NCBI GenBank assembly: GCA_965203175.1
Contig: OZ241867.1
Coordinates: 4,992,001 to 5,056,000, forward strand
Direction of reading: 5' to 3'
Length of the DNA: 64,000 bases
DNA from: Candidatus Latescibacterota bacterium
GTDB taxonomy: Bacteria > Latescibacterota > UBA2968 > UBA8231
Shown here: positions 28,540 to 37,717 of the stretch, in pieces
Layout: the number at the start of each line of letters is the position of its first letter
Numbering within the stretch: the first letter of the stretch is position 1
Program-made: the position numbers and the translations under genes
Notes under the pieces: model-generated
What the model was told of the DNA's origin: nothing
Database searches by the model: none
Seen by the model: only the letters and a program-made list of their open reading frames with translations

Positions 28540-28654
28540 TTCTGTTATTCCAAAAATAAATAGTATATATTTCACCTAAGTGTGGAGTCGGCCGAAACTC
28601 TTTCCCGCCTCTGGTAGCACCCCGCAACCCGCCCCTCGATCGGAGAGTCGTCCC

Positions 28655-30091
28655 ATGCACTTCGACGCTTACGATCTCAACGCCGCAATTTACGATGAGA
28701 TGTTTCTGCCCGACGGCACGCCCCGCGAGCACTGCCGTGAGTTATACGACACCCTGCGCCGGCTTTCCGACGAGGAACTCGGCGCAATCCAAGAGCGAGT
28801 AACGCACTCCTTTTCCAGCGAAGGCATCACCTTCACCGTCTATGGCGATGACGAGGCCGACGAGCGCATCATTCCCATCGACTGCGTGCCCCGGCTCCTC
28901 TCGGCTGCCGAATGGAGGCATCTCGAAAGCGGCCTAACCCAGCGCATCAGTGCCCTGAACCGCTTCTTAGAAGACGTGTACGGCGAAGCCCGCATCATCG
29001 CCGATGGCGTGATCCCGGCCGACGTGGTGCGCGGCTGTCCCCAGTACCGCATAGAAATGCGCGGCGTCTCCGTCCCCCACGGCACGTGGGTCGCCGTCTG
29101 CGGCACCGATCTAGTGCGCACCCTCGACGATGGCTTCCTAGTGCTTGAGGACAACCTGCGCGTGCCCTCGGGCGTGTCCTACATGATCGCCAACCGCAAG
29201 GTGGTGAAGACCAGCTTACGCCGCCTCTACCGGAGTTGCCGCGTGCGCGAGGTAGAGCACTACGGACAGGTCCTACTCCAGACTTTGCGCGACCTCGCCC
29301 CCGATGGATGCACCGACCCCTGCATCGTCCTCCTGACGCCCGGAGTCTATAACTCGGCCTTTTACGAACACATGTTCCTAGCGTATGAGATTGGCGCGTC
29401 GCTCGTAGAAGGCCGCGACCTGCTGGTCAACGATGGCTTCGTGTACATGCGCACCACCAAGGGACTGCGGCGCGTCGATGTGATCTATCGCCGAGTAGAT
29501 GACGATTTCCTCGACCCTCTCGTCTTCCGCCCCGACTCCCTGCTCGGGGTGCCTGGGCTACTGCACGCCTTTAAGCTCGGAAACGTAGCTTTGGCAAACG
29601 CACCGGGGACGGGCGTAGCCGACGACAAAAGCGTCTATGCCTACGTCCCCGACATGATCCGCTACTATCTAGGCGAAGAGCCAATCCTCGCCAATGTAGA
29701 AACCCACCTGTGCCGACGGCCGGAGGACCTGGAGTACACTCTCGACAACCTCGAAAACCTAGTGGTGAAGCGCGTGGGCGAATCCGGCGGTTACGGTATG
29801 CTCATCGGCCCGCACGCAACGCCCGCCGAGCGCACAGCCTACGCCGAGGAGCTTCGCGCCGACCCAGCCGATTTCATCTCTCAGCCGGTCCTCTCGCTGT
29901 CAAGCGCACCCTGCTTCATTGAGGGCCGAGCCGAGCCGCGCCACGTTGACCTGCGTCCTTTTGTCCTCCACGGCCGCGAAACCCGCATCGTGCCCGGGGC
30001 CTTCTGCCGCGTGGCACTGCGCCGGGGCAGCCTCGTGGTCAATTCCAGCCAAGGTGGAGGCGGCAAGGACCTTTGGGTACTGGAGGACTGA
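28655..30091 (+). CDS. Circularly permuted type 2 ATP-grasp protein
   Basis: Motifs GITFTVY, VLEDNLRVPSGVSY, VDVIYRRVDDDFLDP, GTGVADDK, RHVDLRPF and VVNSSQGGGGKD. Start re-called at MHFDAY. Confidence 0.92.
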   Translation: MHFDAYDLNAAIYDEMFLPDGTPREHCRELYDTLRRLSDEELGAIQERVTHSFSSEGITFTVYGDDEADERIIPIDCVPRLLSAAEWRHLESGLTQRISALNRFLEDVYGEARIIADGVIPADVVRGCPQYRIEMRGVSVPHGTWVAVCGTDLVRTLDDGFLVLEDNLRVPSGVSYMIANRKVVKTSLRRLYRSCRVREVEHYGQVLLQTLRDLAPDGCTDPCIVLLTPGVYNSAFYEHMFLAYEIGASLVEGRDLLVNDGFVYMRTTKGLRRVDVIYRRVDDDFLDPLVFRPDSLLGVPGLLHAFKLGNVALANAPGTGVADDKSVYAYVPDMIRYYLGEEPILANVETHLCRRPEDLEYTLDNLENLVVKRVGESGGYGMLIGPHATPAERTAYAEELRADPADFISQPVLSLSSAPCFIEGRAEPRHVDLRPFVLHGRETRIVPGAFCRVALRRGSLVVNSSQGGGGKDLWVLED

Positions 30092-31066
30092 ATGCTCTCG
30101 CGCAGTGCTCAAGGGCTGTACTGGATGGGCCGCTACCTTGCGCGGGCGGAATATCTGTGCCGCCTGCTACGCCTGCAAGTAGAAGCGCTGGTGGACCGGC
30201 CAATTGCTGAGATCCATTTTGGCTGGAACCGGATCTACACTACCCTAGGGCGGCAACCACCTTGGGGTAATCTCACGTTCGACGAGAGCGACGACTACAC
30301 CTTGGCCGATTCCTACACCCTAGCGGGCGATCTCACGTTCGAGCGCGACAACCACGATTCGGTGCGGAACTGCTTCGCCCTCGGCCGCGAGAACGCCCGC
30401 CAAGTGCGCCACTGCATCAGCGCCGAGATGTGGACTTGCCTGAACTTGGCTTGGCTGCGTATCCGCGACCTCGACATCGAGGACATCTGGAAGGTCTCCC
30501 CAGAGAGCTTTTACGCGGAGACCTCGCGGGAAATCGACACCTTCGCCGGAGTGGCCGAATCGACCATGTACCGCGACGAGGGCTGGAACTTCATGCGGCT
30601 CGGCCGGTTCATCGAACGCGCCCAGCTTAGAGTCTCCTTGCTCCTCGCGCAGTGCACCGCTAGGCGCGCGCAGAGCGAGACCTCAGATGCGGACTGGACG
30701 AGCCTGTTGCGTTCATGCAAGGCATTCGACGCCTACAAGCGCAACTACAGCGTCGAAATCCAGCCCGATCGGGTGATAGACCTGCTCGTTACCGATCCCC
30801 TGCTGCCCGGCTCGCTGTGCCGCGTGCTCGACGCGCTGGCGACCGAGCTAGCGGCCATTGGCGTGAGCCCCGGCTCACACGCGGGAGAAGCAGCCGAGCG
30901 GCTCGCCGGCCGGCTCGGCACCTTGATCCGCTACGAGTGGCCGGATCGGGAAGATCGAGAAGCAGTCCTCGCGCAGGTGGGCGACGACTGCCGCAAGCTC
31001 CACTCACTCGTGACTACTGCGTATATCGACTACGCCATCGAGGACTCTCCAGTGCAAACGCCATGA
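30092..31066 (+). CDS. Alpha-E domain protein
   Basis: Motifs MLSRSAQGLYWMGRYL, RENARQVR and GWNFMRLGRFIERA (ER motif). Confidence 0.9.
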   Translation: MLSRSAQGLYWMGRYLARAEYLCRLLRLQVEALVDRPIAEIHFGWNRIYTTLGRQPPWGNLTFDESDDYTLADSYTLAGDLTFERDNHDSVRNCFALGRENARQVRHCISAEMWTCLNLAWLRIRDLDIEDIWKVSPESFYAETSREIDTFAGVAESTMYRDEGWNFMRLGRFIERAQLRVSLLLAQCTARRAQSETSDADWTSLLRSCKAFDAYKRNYSVEIQPDRVIDLLVTDPLLPGSLCRVLDALATELAAIGVSPGSHAGEAAERLAGRLGTLIRYEWPDREDREAVLAQVGDDCRKLHSLVTTAYIDYAIEDSPVQTP

Positions 31067-31935
31067 CCGGAGCCGTCCGCTACGAAATCGAACACATTTC
31101 TCACTATTCCTACACGGCCCCAGTACAGCAGTGCGTAATGCTTCTGTGTCTGGAGCCGCGCCAGGACCGAGGGCAGCAGCTCCTCGACTTTGAGATTGAG
31201 ACATCCCCTCCGGCCAACCTAAACCGCGAGACGGACTGTTTCGGCAACACGCGGCACCTCCTCGACCTCCACCAAACGCACCAAATCTTAGAGATCACAA
31301 CCCGCTCCACGGTCGAGGTTGTGTCCGCCCGACCGCTCCCAGCGCGCTTGCACTCCGGTGCCTGGGCAGAGATCCGCTCCCGCAGAGAATCGTGCGCCGA
31401 TTGGGATTTCACGCACCCGAGCGCACTGGTGCGCCCCTCGCCCGCACTCACCGAGTTCGTCGACCGGCACCGCATCGAGCCTGGAGACGACCCACTCGAA
31501 AGTCTGATGCAACTGTCGCACACACTCCACGACTGCCTGCAATACATCCCGGGAAGCACCACGGCGGAATCCCCCGTCGAGCACATCATCGAAACCGGTC
31601 GTGGCGTCTGCCAAGACTACGCCCACCTCATGATCACCATTGCGCGCTCTTGGGGCATCCCCACCCGCTATGTCTCGGGCTACCTGAACCCAACCGATCA
31701 ATCCGGCGAGCAGACACCAAGCAACGCCACGCACGCTTGGGTCGAATGCCGATTGCCAGAGCTTGGCTGGGTCGGCTTCGACCCAACCAACCAGAGTTTC
31801 GCCAGCGAGGGAGGGAAAGTACACATCGCCGTAGGACGCGATTACCGCGACGTGTCGCCGACGCGCGGCGTCCTCCAAGGCGGCGGAGCAACCCGTCTCG
31901 AAGTCGATGTGCGGACGCGTTCTTTTCCTACTTGA
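31063..31935 (+). CDS. Transglutaminase-like protein
   Basis: Catalytic triad in GVCQDYAH, HAW and GFDPTN, plus VGRDYRDVSP. ATGA overlap with the alpha-E gene. Confidence 0.9.
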   Translation: MTGAVRYEIEHISHYSYTAPVQQCVMLLCLEPRQDRGQQLLDFEIETSPPANLNRETDCFGNTRHLLDLHQTHQILEITTRSTVEVVSARPLPARLHSGAWAEIRSRRESCADWDFTHPSALVRPSPALTEFVDRHRIEPGDDPLESLMQLSHTLHDCLQYIPGSTTAESPVEHIIETGRGVCQDYAHLMITIARSWGIPTRYVSGYLNPTDQSGEQTPSNATHAWVECRLPELGWVGFDPTNQSFASEGGKVHIAVGRDYRDVSPTRGVLQGGGATRLEVDVRTRSFPT

Positions 31936-31997
31936 ACCACCCTAGGCATAGTTCTTAACTTGAGGGGAAATTCAACCACATCACATGGGAGGGAATT

Positions 31998-32438
31998 ATG
32001 GATACGCTCAAGCGAATCTGCGGCTTATTTCTCGTCTTGATGGCGGTTGCGGTCGCAGTCCACACCGTAGTCGAACCGCTCTATCACGTCTCTAGCGAAG
32101 GACAGCCGTACAGCCCGCTTTGGTCCACCTTGGATGGGCTGATGGCGCTGGCCATCGCGTTGGGCGTGCTATTCGGCTACCTTCGCAAGAAAGCCTCCGA
32201 CAGCGAGGGGGATGGCGGAACGGTCACGCGTGAGTTTGTTGCCGCCAACGTCCAGTTTTACGGCTTCCTGTGCGTGGGCATCATGTTCTTCTGGAACTGG
32301 TTTATCCTGTACAGTCCTGAATTCACGGCCGTAGGAGCGGAAACAGCCTCCCTCGTGTGGATTCTCATCGACGCCACGCTGCCGCTGCTTATGGGCGCGA
32401 TGGGCGTGTTCCTGCTGCGCGGCGGCAACGACGGCTAG
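31998..32438 (+). CDS. Hypothetical four-TM membrane protein
   Basis: GGAGG RBS and four hydrophobic segments; no recognised motif. Confidence 0.7.
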   Translation: MDTLKRICGLFLVLMAVAVAVHTVVEPLYHVSSEGQPYSPLWSTLDGLMALAIALGVLFGYLRKKASDSEGDGGTVTREFVAANVQFYGFLCVGIMFFWNWFILYSPEFTAVGAETASLVWILIDATLPLLMGAMGVFLLRGGNDG

Positions 32439-32491
32439 ACCGGCGCTTCCAGTACGGCAACGGCACGACCGGAGCCGTGCGGCTGCATCTA

Positions 32492-32614
32492 CGCCCAAGC
32501 GAATTGCCTCTTACAGATAATCCGCAATTCGCTTGGGCTGTCCATCCACCATCGTCTCCATCGCCGCAATCACCAACGCAAAGCTCTGCAAATTATCTTC
32601 AATCCTCGTCGCCG
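32492..32614 (-). repeat. 123-bp direct repeat: displaced copy of the 3' end of the 34307-35332 oxidoreductase
   Basis: Matches 34288-34410 with 5 mismatches; weaker similarity continues to 32646/34444. Confidence 0.95.
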
Positions 32615-32619
32615 CTGCC

Positions 32620-34233
32620 TTACTGTCCTTCAATTTCCACAAACTCTACGATATATATTTCTTCGTCCCGATCTCGCTCAAAGACGATTCTCTGACTATC
32701 AGGATCAGGCGACCACGCAAGGGAGTTTGGCACATTACCATCGTTCCCAGCGCCGTATGTGAGCCTTTTCTCGTTGCGCCCGTCAGCGTCCATGACATAG
32801 ACTTCCATATCGCCATCACGCTCAGACACAAAGGCAATACGTTCCCCATCAGGCGACCACGCTGGCCAGAAATCTGAGCCTTCAGCCCATGTGAGTCGGG
32901 TCTTGTTGCGGCCATCGGCATCCATGACATAGATCTCATGGTTCGCTCCCCAGGCAATATGCCCCTTACCATAATCATCAAATGAAGGAAGTGAATTGCA
33001 AGCAATGCGGCTGCCATCAGGTGACCACGCTGGGTAATAGCTGGGATTCCTGTGCGTGAGTCGGGTCTTGTTGGAACCATCGGCGTCCATGACATAGATC
33101 TCAATGTCGAGATTGCGCAGAGACAAGAATACAATACGTTGACTATCGGGCGACCACGCCGGCAACCAGTCATCCTCAACATGTTGCGTGAGTCGGGTCT
33201 TGTTGGAACCATCGGCATCCATGACATAGATCTCTCTGTTTTGACGATTATTTTCACGATGGGCAGATACGTATGCTATACGCCGACCATCAGGTGACCA
33301 CCTTGGATATTCGTCGTGACGGTCATTTTCTGTTAGTCGAGTTTCATTTGTTCCATCAGAGTCCATGATATGAATACTATCGTGACCGTCGCGGTAAGAC
33401 ACGAAGGCAATTCTGCTACCGTCAGGCGACCACGTCGGAGAAAATCCGCCGGACCCGTGTGCCGTTAGTTGGGCTCCGTTTGTTCCATCAGCATCAATAC
33501 TATATATATCCCACCGGCCGTTGCGACTGGAGTAAAAAACAATGCGTTGACCATCTGATGACCATCTTGGCCCGCGCCCACTATATGTGAGAAGACGAGT
33601 CTCTATACTACCAATTGATGGCGATTCGGAACTTATGGCGTTAAAAGCGTCGAATAGGGAAGCGCCGTCGGAGCTTGTATCTGTGTCCTGCTCACTCACC
33701 GTGATCCTCACAGCCGAGGAGCAGTTGTTATCGGTATTGCTCTCGCCACTGACGCTGTCCACACACGCGCCGTAGAAATATACTCCCGGGCCTCCACTCG
33801 TTGGAGCGATCAACTCAATCGACACCGCACTGCTGTCCGAGGCGTCTAATGCACCTATTTCGTCCGCACCCACTTCCGTGTCACTGGAAGTAATCGTCGC
33901 GTTGTTGGAGCGATAGTAGTGTAGCATCGTCGCCACGGCCTGCTCGTCGCCTTGGTTATGCACGTTGGCATGCAAGGTGAACGCCTGCTCCGGCGTCAGC
34001 ATGGAGTCGCTGACCGAAGGCGATTGAACAATCAAATCCGGTCCCCCCTCGCTGGACGTACTATCCGTTTCCGCCTCTTCTTCCACCGCCTCGTCCTCCT
34101 CTTCTTCCGAGGTCTCGAATGCGCCGAAAAAGCCGAACATGTCGTCGAAGTCGACAGCCTTGCCCGCCGGTGCCGTAGGCTTCTGCTCGCCAGAGCAAGC
34201 GATCACAAGAAAGACAATAAGAACGCAACGCAT
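32620..34233 (-). CDS. Lipoprotein with CARDB domain and TolB-like (PD40) beta-propeller
   Basis: Lipobox VIAC, acidic linker, CARDB-like PDLIVQ...VHNQG...ESNTDNNCS, and repeated PxWSPDGxRI...EIYVMDADGSNKTRLT. Confidence 0.85.
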   Translation of the reverse strand: MRCVLIVFLVIACSGEQKPTAPAGKAVDFDDMFGFFGAFETSEEEEDEAVEEEAETDSTSSEGGPDLIVQSPSVSDSMLTPEQAFTLHANVHNQGDEQAVATMLHYYRSNNATITSSDTEVGADEIGALDASDSSAVSIELIAPTSGGPGVYFYGACVDSVSGESNTDNNCSSAVRITVSEQDTDTSSDGASLFDAFNAISSESPSIGSIETRLLTYSGRGPRWSSDGQRIVFYSSRNGRWDIYSIDADGTNGAQLTAHGSGGFSPTWSPDGSRIAFVSYRDGHDSIHIMDSDGTNETRLTENDRHDEYPRWSPDGRRIAYVSAHRENNRQNREIYVMDADGSNKTRLTQHVEDDWLPAWSPDSQRIVFLSLRNLDIEIYVMDADGSNKTRLTHRNPSYYPAWSPDGSRIACNSLPSFDDYGKGHIAWGANHEIYVMDADGRNKTRLTWAEGSDFWPAWSPDGERIAFVSERDGDMEVYVMDADGRNEKRLTYGAGNDGNVPNSLAWSPDPDSQRIVFERDRDEEIYIVEFVEIEGQ

Positions 34234-34287
34234 GACGATCCTCCTGTGCTAGCGTGAAACAGGCTCAGTTTCTGAAGCTTATCCATG

Positions 34288-34410
34288 CGCCCAAGCGGAT
34301 CGCTTCTTACAGATAATCCGCAATTCGCTTGGGCTGTCCATCTACCGTCGTCTCCATCGCCGCAATCACCAACGCAAAGCTCTGCAAATTATCTTCAATC
34401 CTCGTCGCCG
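34288..34410 (-). repeat. 123-bp direct repeat: in-use 3' end of the oxidoreductase
   Basis: Partner of 32492-32614, at an offset of 1796 bp. Confidence 0.95.
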
Positions 34411-35332
34411 ACGCCTTGCCTCCTTCCAGCCAGTCCACAAACTCCTTGAACAAATAATGGTGTCCTTCCCACTCCATCGTTGGTGCTGCATACACCTCCA
34501 CCTCCTGCTCCACCCGATAAATTCGCACCTCGTCTCCAGCCCCTATCTCCACTGTCCCTTCCTCGAACTCCAAGCGATAGTACTCGCGGTGCCAACAACT
34601 CGTAATCCCCGCCGCCGAACTGTTCCCCTCGTACGCCGTGTGTACTCCATTGTCCATCCTCATCAGATAAAATCCACTCGAATAGTGCTTAAAACTCGAC
34701 CACGCCGGGTTCCACCCAAACCCTTGCAATACCTCGCCATCCCCCCCCGCTAAAAAGCGCATCATATCGAAGTGATGCACCGAGCCTTCAAAGAGCAGGC
34801 TGAAATCCATGTCGTGTCGCCACTCCTTGCCCCACGACTTGTATTTGCGATAGTCGCAGGCGTAGCGGCCGAAGATGTGTTGCAACCGCCCAAGTCGCTC
34901 CTCTTCGCGAATCCGCACCACCTCCTGCTTGTTGGGCTCGTAGCGGTAATTCTGGATAATCGCGCACGGCAACCCTGTCTCCTCGGCCTTGGCGGCCATG
35001 GCCTTGGCCGCTTCTAAGGTATCGGCAATCGGCTTCTCGCAAATAACCGGCATCCCCGCTTCCAGCGCGGCAATCGCCTGCGGGCTGTGGAACTGCGGCG
35101 GAGTGGCAATGCCGCAGAAATCGGCCTGCACCTTGGCGCAAGCCTCTTTGTAATCGGCAAAGAGCTGATCGGCACCCAAGCCGAGCTTCGCCCCTTGTTG
35201 CCCAAGCACTTCCTCGTTGACATCCACTAGCCCGACGATTTGGATCCGGTCGCCGAGACGCTCGGTCATCCGCCCGATCCAACTCCCGGCCATGCCGCTG
35301 ACGCCGATCATTAAACAGGTCTTAACTGCCAT
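34307..35332 (-). CDS. Gfo/Idh/MocA family oxidoreductase
   Basis: Motifs IGVSGMA, ATPPQFH, VICEKPI, QNYRY and VHHFD. Confidence 0.9.
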   Translation of the reverse strand: MAVKTCLMIGVSGMAGSWIGRMTERLGDRIQIVGLVDVNEEVLGQQGAKLGLGADQLFADYKEACAKVQADFCGIATPPQFHSPQAIAALEAGMPVICEKPIADTLEAAKAMAAKAEETGLPCAIIQNYRYEPNKQEVVRIREEERLGRLQHIFGRYACDYRKYKSWGKEWRHDMDFSLLFEGSVHHFDMMRFLAGGDGEVLQGFGWNPAWSSFKHYSSGFYLMRMDNGVHTAYEGNSSAAGITSCWHREYYRLEFEEGTVEIGAGDEVRIYRVEQEVEVYAAPTMEWEGHHYLFKEFVDWLEGGKASATRIEDNLQSFALVIAAMETTVDGQPKRIADYL

Positions 35333-35364
35333 GCCATCTACCTTTGCTTGTTTGGGTTGAGGAA

Positions 35365-37713
35365 CTAATAGGCCACGGCAAGGGGCCGCAAAACCGCCTC
35401 ACCACTACTCGCCGCGCCCGGATCAATTAGGCAAAAATACATCCCCGGCAACGCCAACCCATTGTCCGCAGTCCGCCCCGACCAGCGGAAATGCCAGCGT
35501 CCGGCGACCTTGATGCCCGTCGGCTGAGCCACTAACTGACCGGCGACGTCGAAAATCTGTACTCGCGGCTGGATGCCCTGTGCCTTGAAGACTATAAAGC
35601 TGATCTCTACCGCGTCGTTGACCCCATCGCCGTTGGGCGTAAACGCCACGGGCGCGATCTCCACATCGCCGACGAGTGCAGCCTGGGCGGGCAGGTCGGG
35701 CAACAACACGATATTGGCCCGTCGCTCGCTCGGGACTACCGACTGCCAGATCCCGGGGCGCTCGTCCGCGCCTAGATCGAGCGCGAACAGCGCTGCGTTG
35801 TCCCAAAGCCGCGCCGTAAAATCCACTTCCACCGAATCGGCAACCACGGTGCGCGGCAATAGGACCAAAAGTGAATCGCCGTGCAGTTTCACCGAATCGG
35901 GCGCTACCTCTTCCCCTCCGATCCGCAGTGCCACGTTGCCCGTGGCCGCGCCGGGAATGTGAAAGCGCAAGCGATCGAAGCCGCTGTCCTGCCCGTCGGT
36001 GCTCGACCACAGTGTATAGGTAAAGCGCGTATCCTCGTTGAGCTGAGCTTCCCGAGGCCAGATTTGCCCCTGTGCCTCCTGTACCAGTGCATCGGTAAAT
36101 TCTATCGCCAGTGCATTCACGGCCGGAGCCACCTGCGAATCGTCGGTTGTCAGAATCATCTCCAATTGCACGAAGCGACGCGGGCTCGCCGATTGGAAAG
36201 ACTCTCCCGAAGTCTGGTACACGTTGCTCCAAGCGTCCCAATCTTCTCCGACGACCAAGGTCGTATCAATGGAGCCTTTTAACACCTTGGGCAAGCTGTT
36301 CCACTTCTCCTCGGTGACAATATCGCTTTTGCGATCGAAGAAAGTGTACAATTCCTGTAGTGCATTACCCGAGCGCGAACGCAGCTGGATCTTGGTCTGC
36401 GGCGGCAGGTCCGCCTCCCATGTAATCCGCTCGATCACTTGGGGCCGGCCGTTGCCCGCCTGCGACGCCAAGTCGATAAAGTCCGAGCGCAAGTTCACCT
36501 CGGCTGGATGACCCGAGGAAAAAAGCATCGCCTCCAAGCCCCAACCAAACCCCTGCGGCGTCCCGTCAATTTCGTGCCACAGCAGGTAGCGGACCTTGCG
36601 CGGAGCGAACAGATAGCGCTGGTGAAAGAGCCGGCCGAGACACTGCGGCCGGCAGCGATCTTCGACCAAGACCTCGTAGTCAACTCGCTCGGGCACCGGC
36701 AACCCCGATCCCGCGGCTGGGCGGCCGTCGGACACCAGAAACAACCCGCCGGCCGCCGAGGGATTGCCCCCTTGGACTTGGCTGCGCAACCCTTCGCCCA
36801 ATTGGCTGAAGTAAATGAAAAGTTCGTCGAGGAAGAACACCGCCCCCAGATCCACTCGCCACCACACGCCGGCCTCCACCCAACCTCCCTCGGCACTGGT
36901 CAACAGCGCGAAGCTGTCCATATCGCCGTCGAACATCAGCGCCGCGCCCGTAGTCCGACCGCCTTCGAGAAAACTGCCCCCGCGACCCGCCGTGCCCAAG
37001 CTCACATTGTCCCCCACCGCCAAGACCTCGACCTCCGCTAGCGCCACGCCCGGGCTGTACTCGTCGATTTCGATAATGATATACTGGATCACTTGAAAGC
37101 GCTTCTCGCGCTCTAAATCGAGCTTCAGCCCCTCGTCGAGTACATAGGTGCTGTCGGTCCTTAGATACTCTAGGGGAATCACCAGTTCGGTGGCGGCATT
37201 GGGTCTGGACGTGCGATAGACCGCTTCAAACTTGAATACATCGTTGAGCGCTTGGATGCGGGCACCCGAGGCGACAAAGACGCTAAATTGCCGCAAGGGC
37301 CGCGCGCCCTCGCGGTCGGGAAAGATCAAGCGGATCTGACGCGCCAGCACCGGACGCCCCAAATCTATCTGCACCGACCACTGATCAAGCGCATCGTCGG
37401 GGTCGGGTTGCCAGAAGGTTTCCAGATCGCCATCGATAATCAAGTCTGCTGTCTGCGGATTGCTCTTGGCCTCCCAGATTCCGCCGGTCACCTCGCCGCG
37501 CTCCTGCGTTGGATGGCGAAAATCCCCGGCGTTGGCCACGGCGTTGATCTCCTTGCGGAACTTGGTCAGCCGCAGCCTGCCGTCGGCATCGATCTGCACT
37601 AAGTCGTTGGGCATCTGCCAAGTCCGCCACGCCGCCGCACTGTCGAAGCGGAGCTCGTCGGCCCATACCGCGCCGATTCCCAACAGTAGCGCATAAAACG
37701 AGCGCATCGCCAT
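35365..37713 (-). CDS. Large secreted TPNGDG/FlgD-CTD protein (subtype II)
   Basis: Signal peptide. Motifs DELRFDSAAAWRTWQMP, IIDGDLETFW, IDLGR, RSRSGN, SASPRRF and FTPNGDGVND; ends LAVAY. Confidence 0.8.
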   Translation of the reverse strand: MAMRSFYALLLGIGAVWADELRFDSAAAWRTWQMPNDLVQIDADGRLRLTKFRKEINAVANAGDFRHPTQERGEVTGGIWEAKSNPQTADLIIDGDLETFWQPDPDDALDQWSVQIDLGRPVLARQIRLIFPDREGARPLRQFSVFVASGARIQALNDVFKFEAVYRTSRPNAATELVIPLEYLRTDSTYVLDEGLKLDLEREKRFQVIQYIIIEIDEYSPGVALAEVEVLAVGDNVSLGTAGRGGSFLEGGRTTGAALMFDGDMDSFALLTSAEGGWVEAGVWWRVDLGAVFFLDELFIYFSQLGEGLRSQVQGGNPSAAGGLFLVSDGRPAAGSGLPVPERVDYEVLVEDRCRPQCLGRLFHQRYLFAPRKVRYLLWHEIDGTPQGFGWGLEAMLFSSGHPAEVNLRSDFIDLASQAGNGRPQVIERITWEADLPPQTKIQLRSRSGNALQELYTFFDRKSDIVTEEKWNSLPKVLKGSIDTTLVVGEDWDAWSNVYQTSGESFQSASPRRFVQLEMILTTDDSQVAPAVNALAIEFTDALVQEAQGQIWPREAQLNEDTRFTYTLWSSTDGQDSGFDRLRFHIPGAATGNVALRIGGEEVAPDSVKLHGDSLLVLLPRTVVADSVEVDFTARLWDNAALFALDLGADERPGIWQSVVPSERRANIVLLPDLPAQAALVGDVEIAPVAFTPNGDGVNDAVEISFIVFKAQGIQPRVQIFDVAGQLVAQPTGIKVAGRWHFRWSGRTADNGLALPGMYFCLIDPGAASSGEAVLRPLAVAY

Positions 37714-37717
37714 GCTC

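Noticed and set aside
32493-32538. Stop-enclosing hairpin as an integron attC site
   Set aside because: It lacks RYYYAAC/GTTRRRY boxes and extrahelical bases, and there is no integron integrase or cassette array.
32880-33240. Near-identical ~50-bp DNA repeats inside the TolB-like gene as a separate element
   Set aside because: They are the in-frame PD40 blade repeats (EIYVMDADGSNKTRLT) of the protein.
32492-34410. 123-bp repeat pair as a DGR template/variable repeat
   Set aside because: The mismatches are not adenine-specific, there is no reverse transcriptase in the window, and the target is an oxidoreductase tail.
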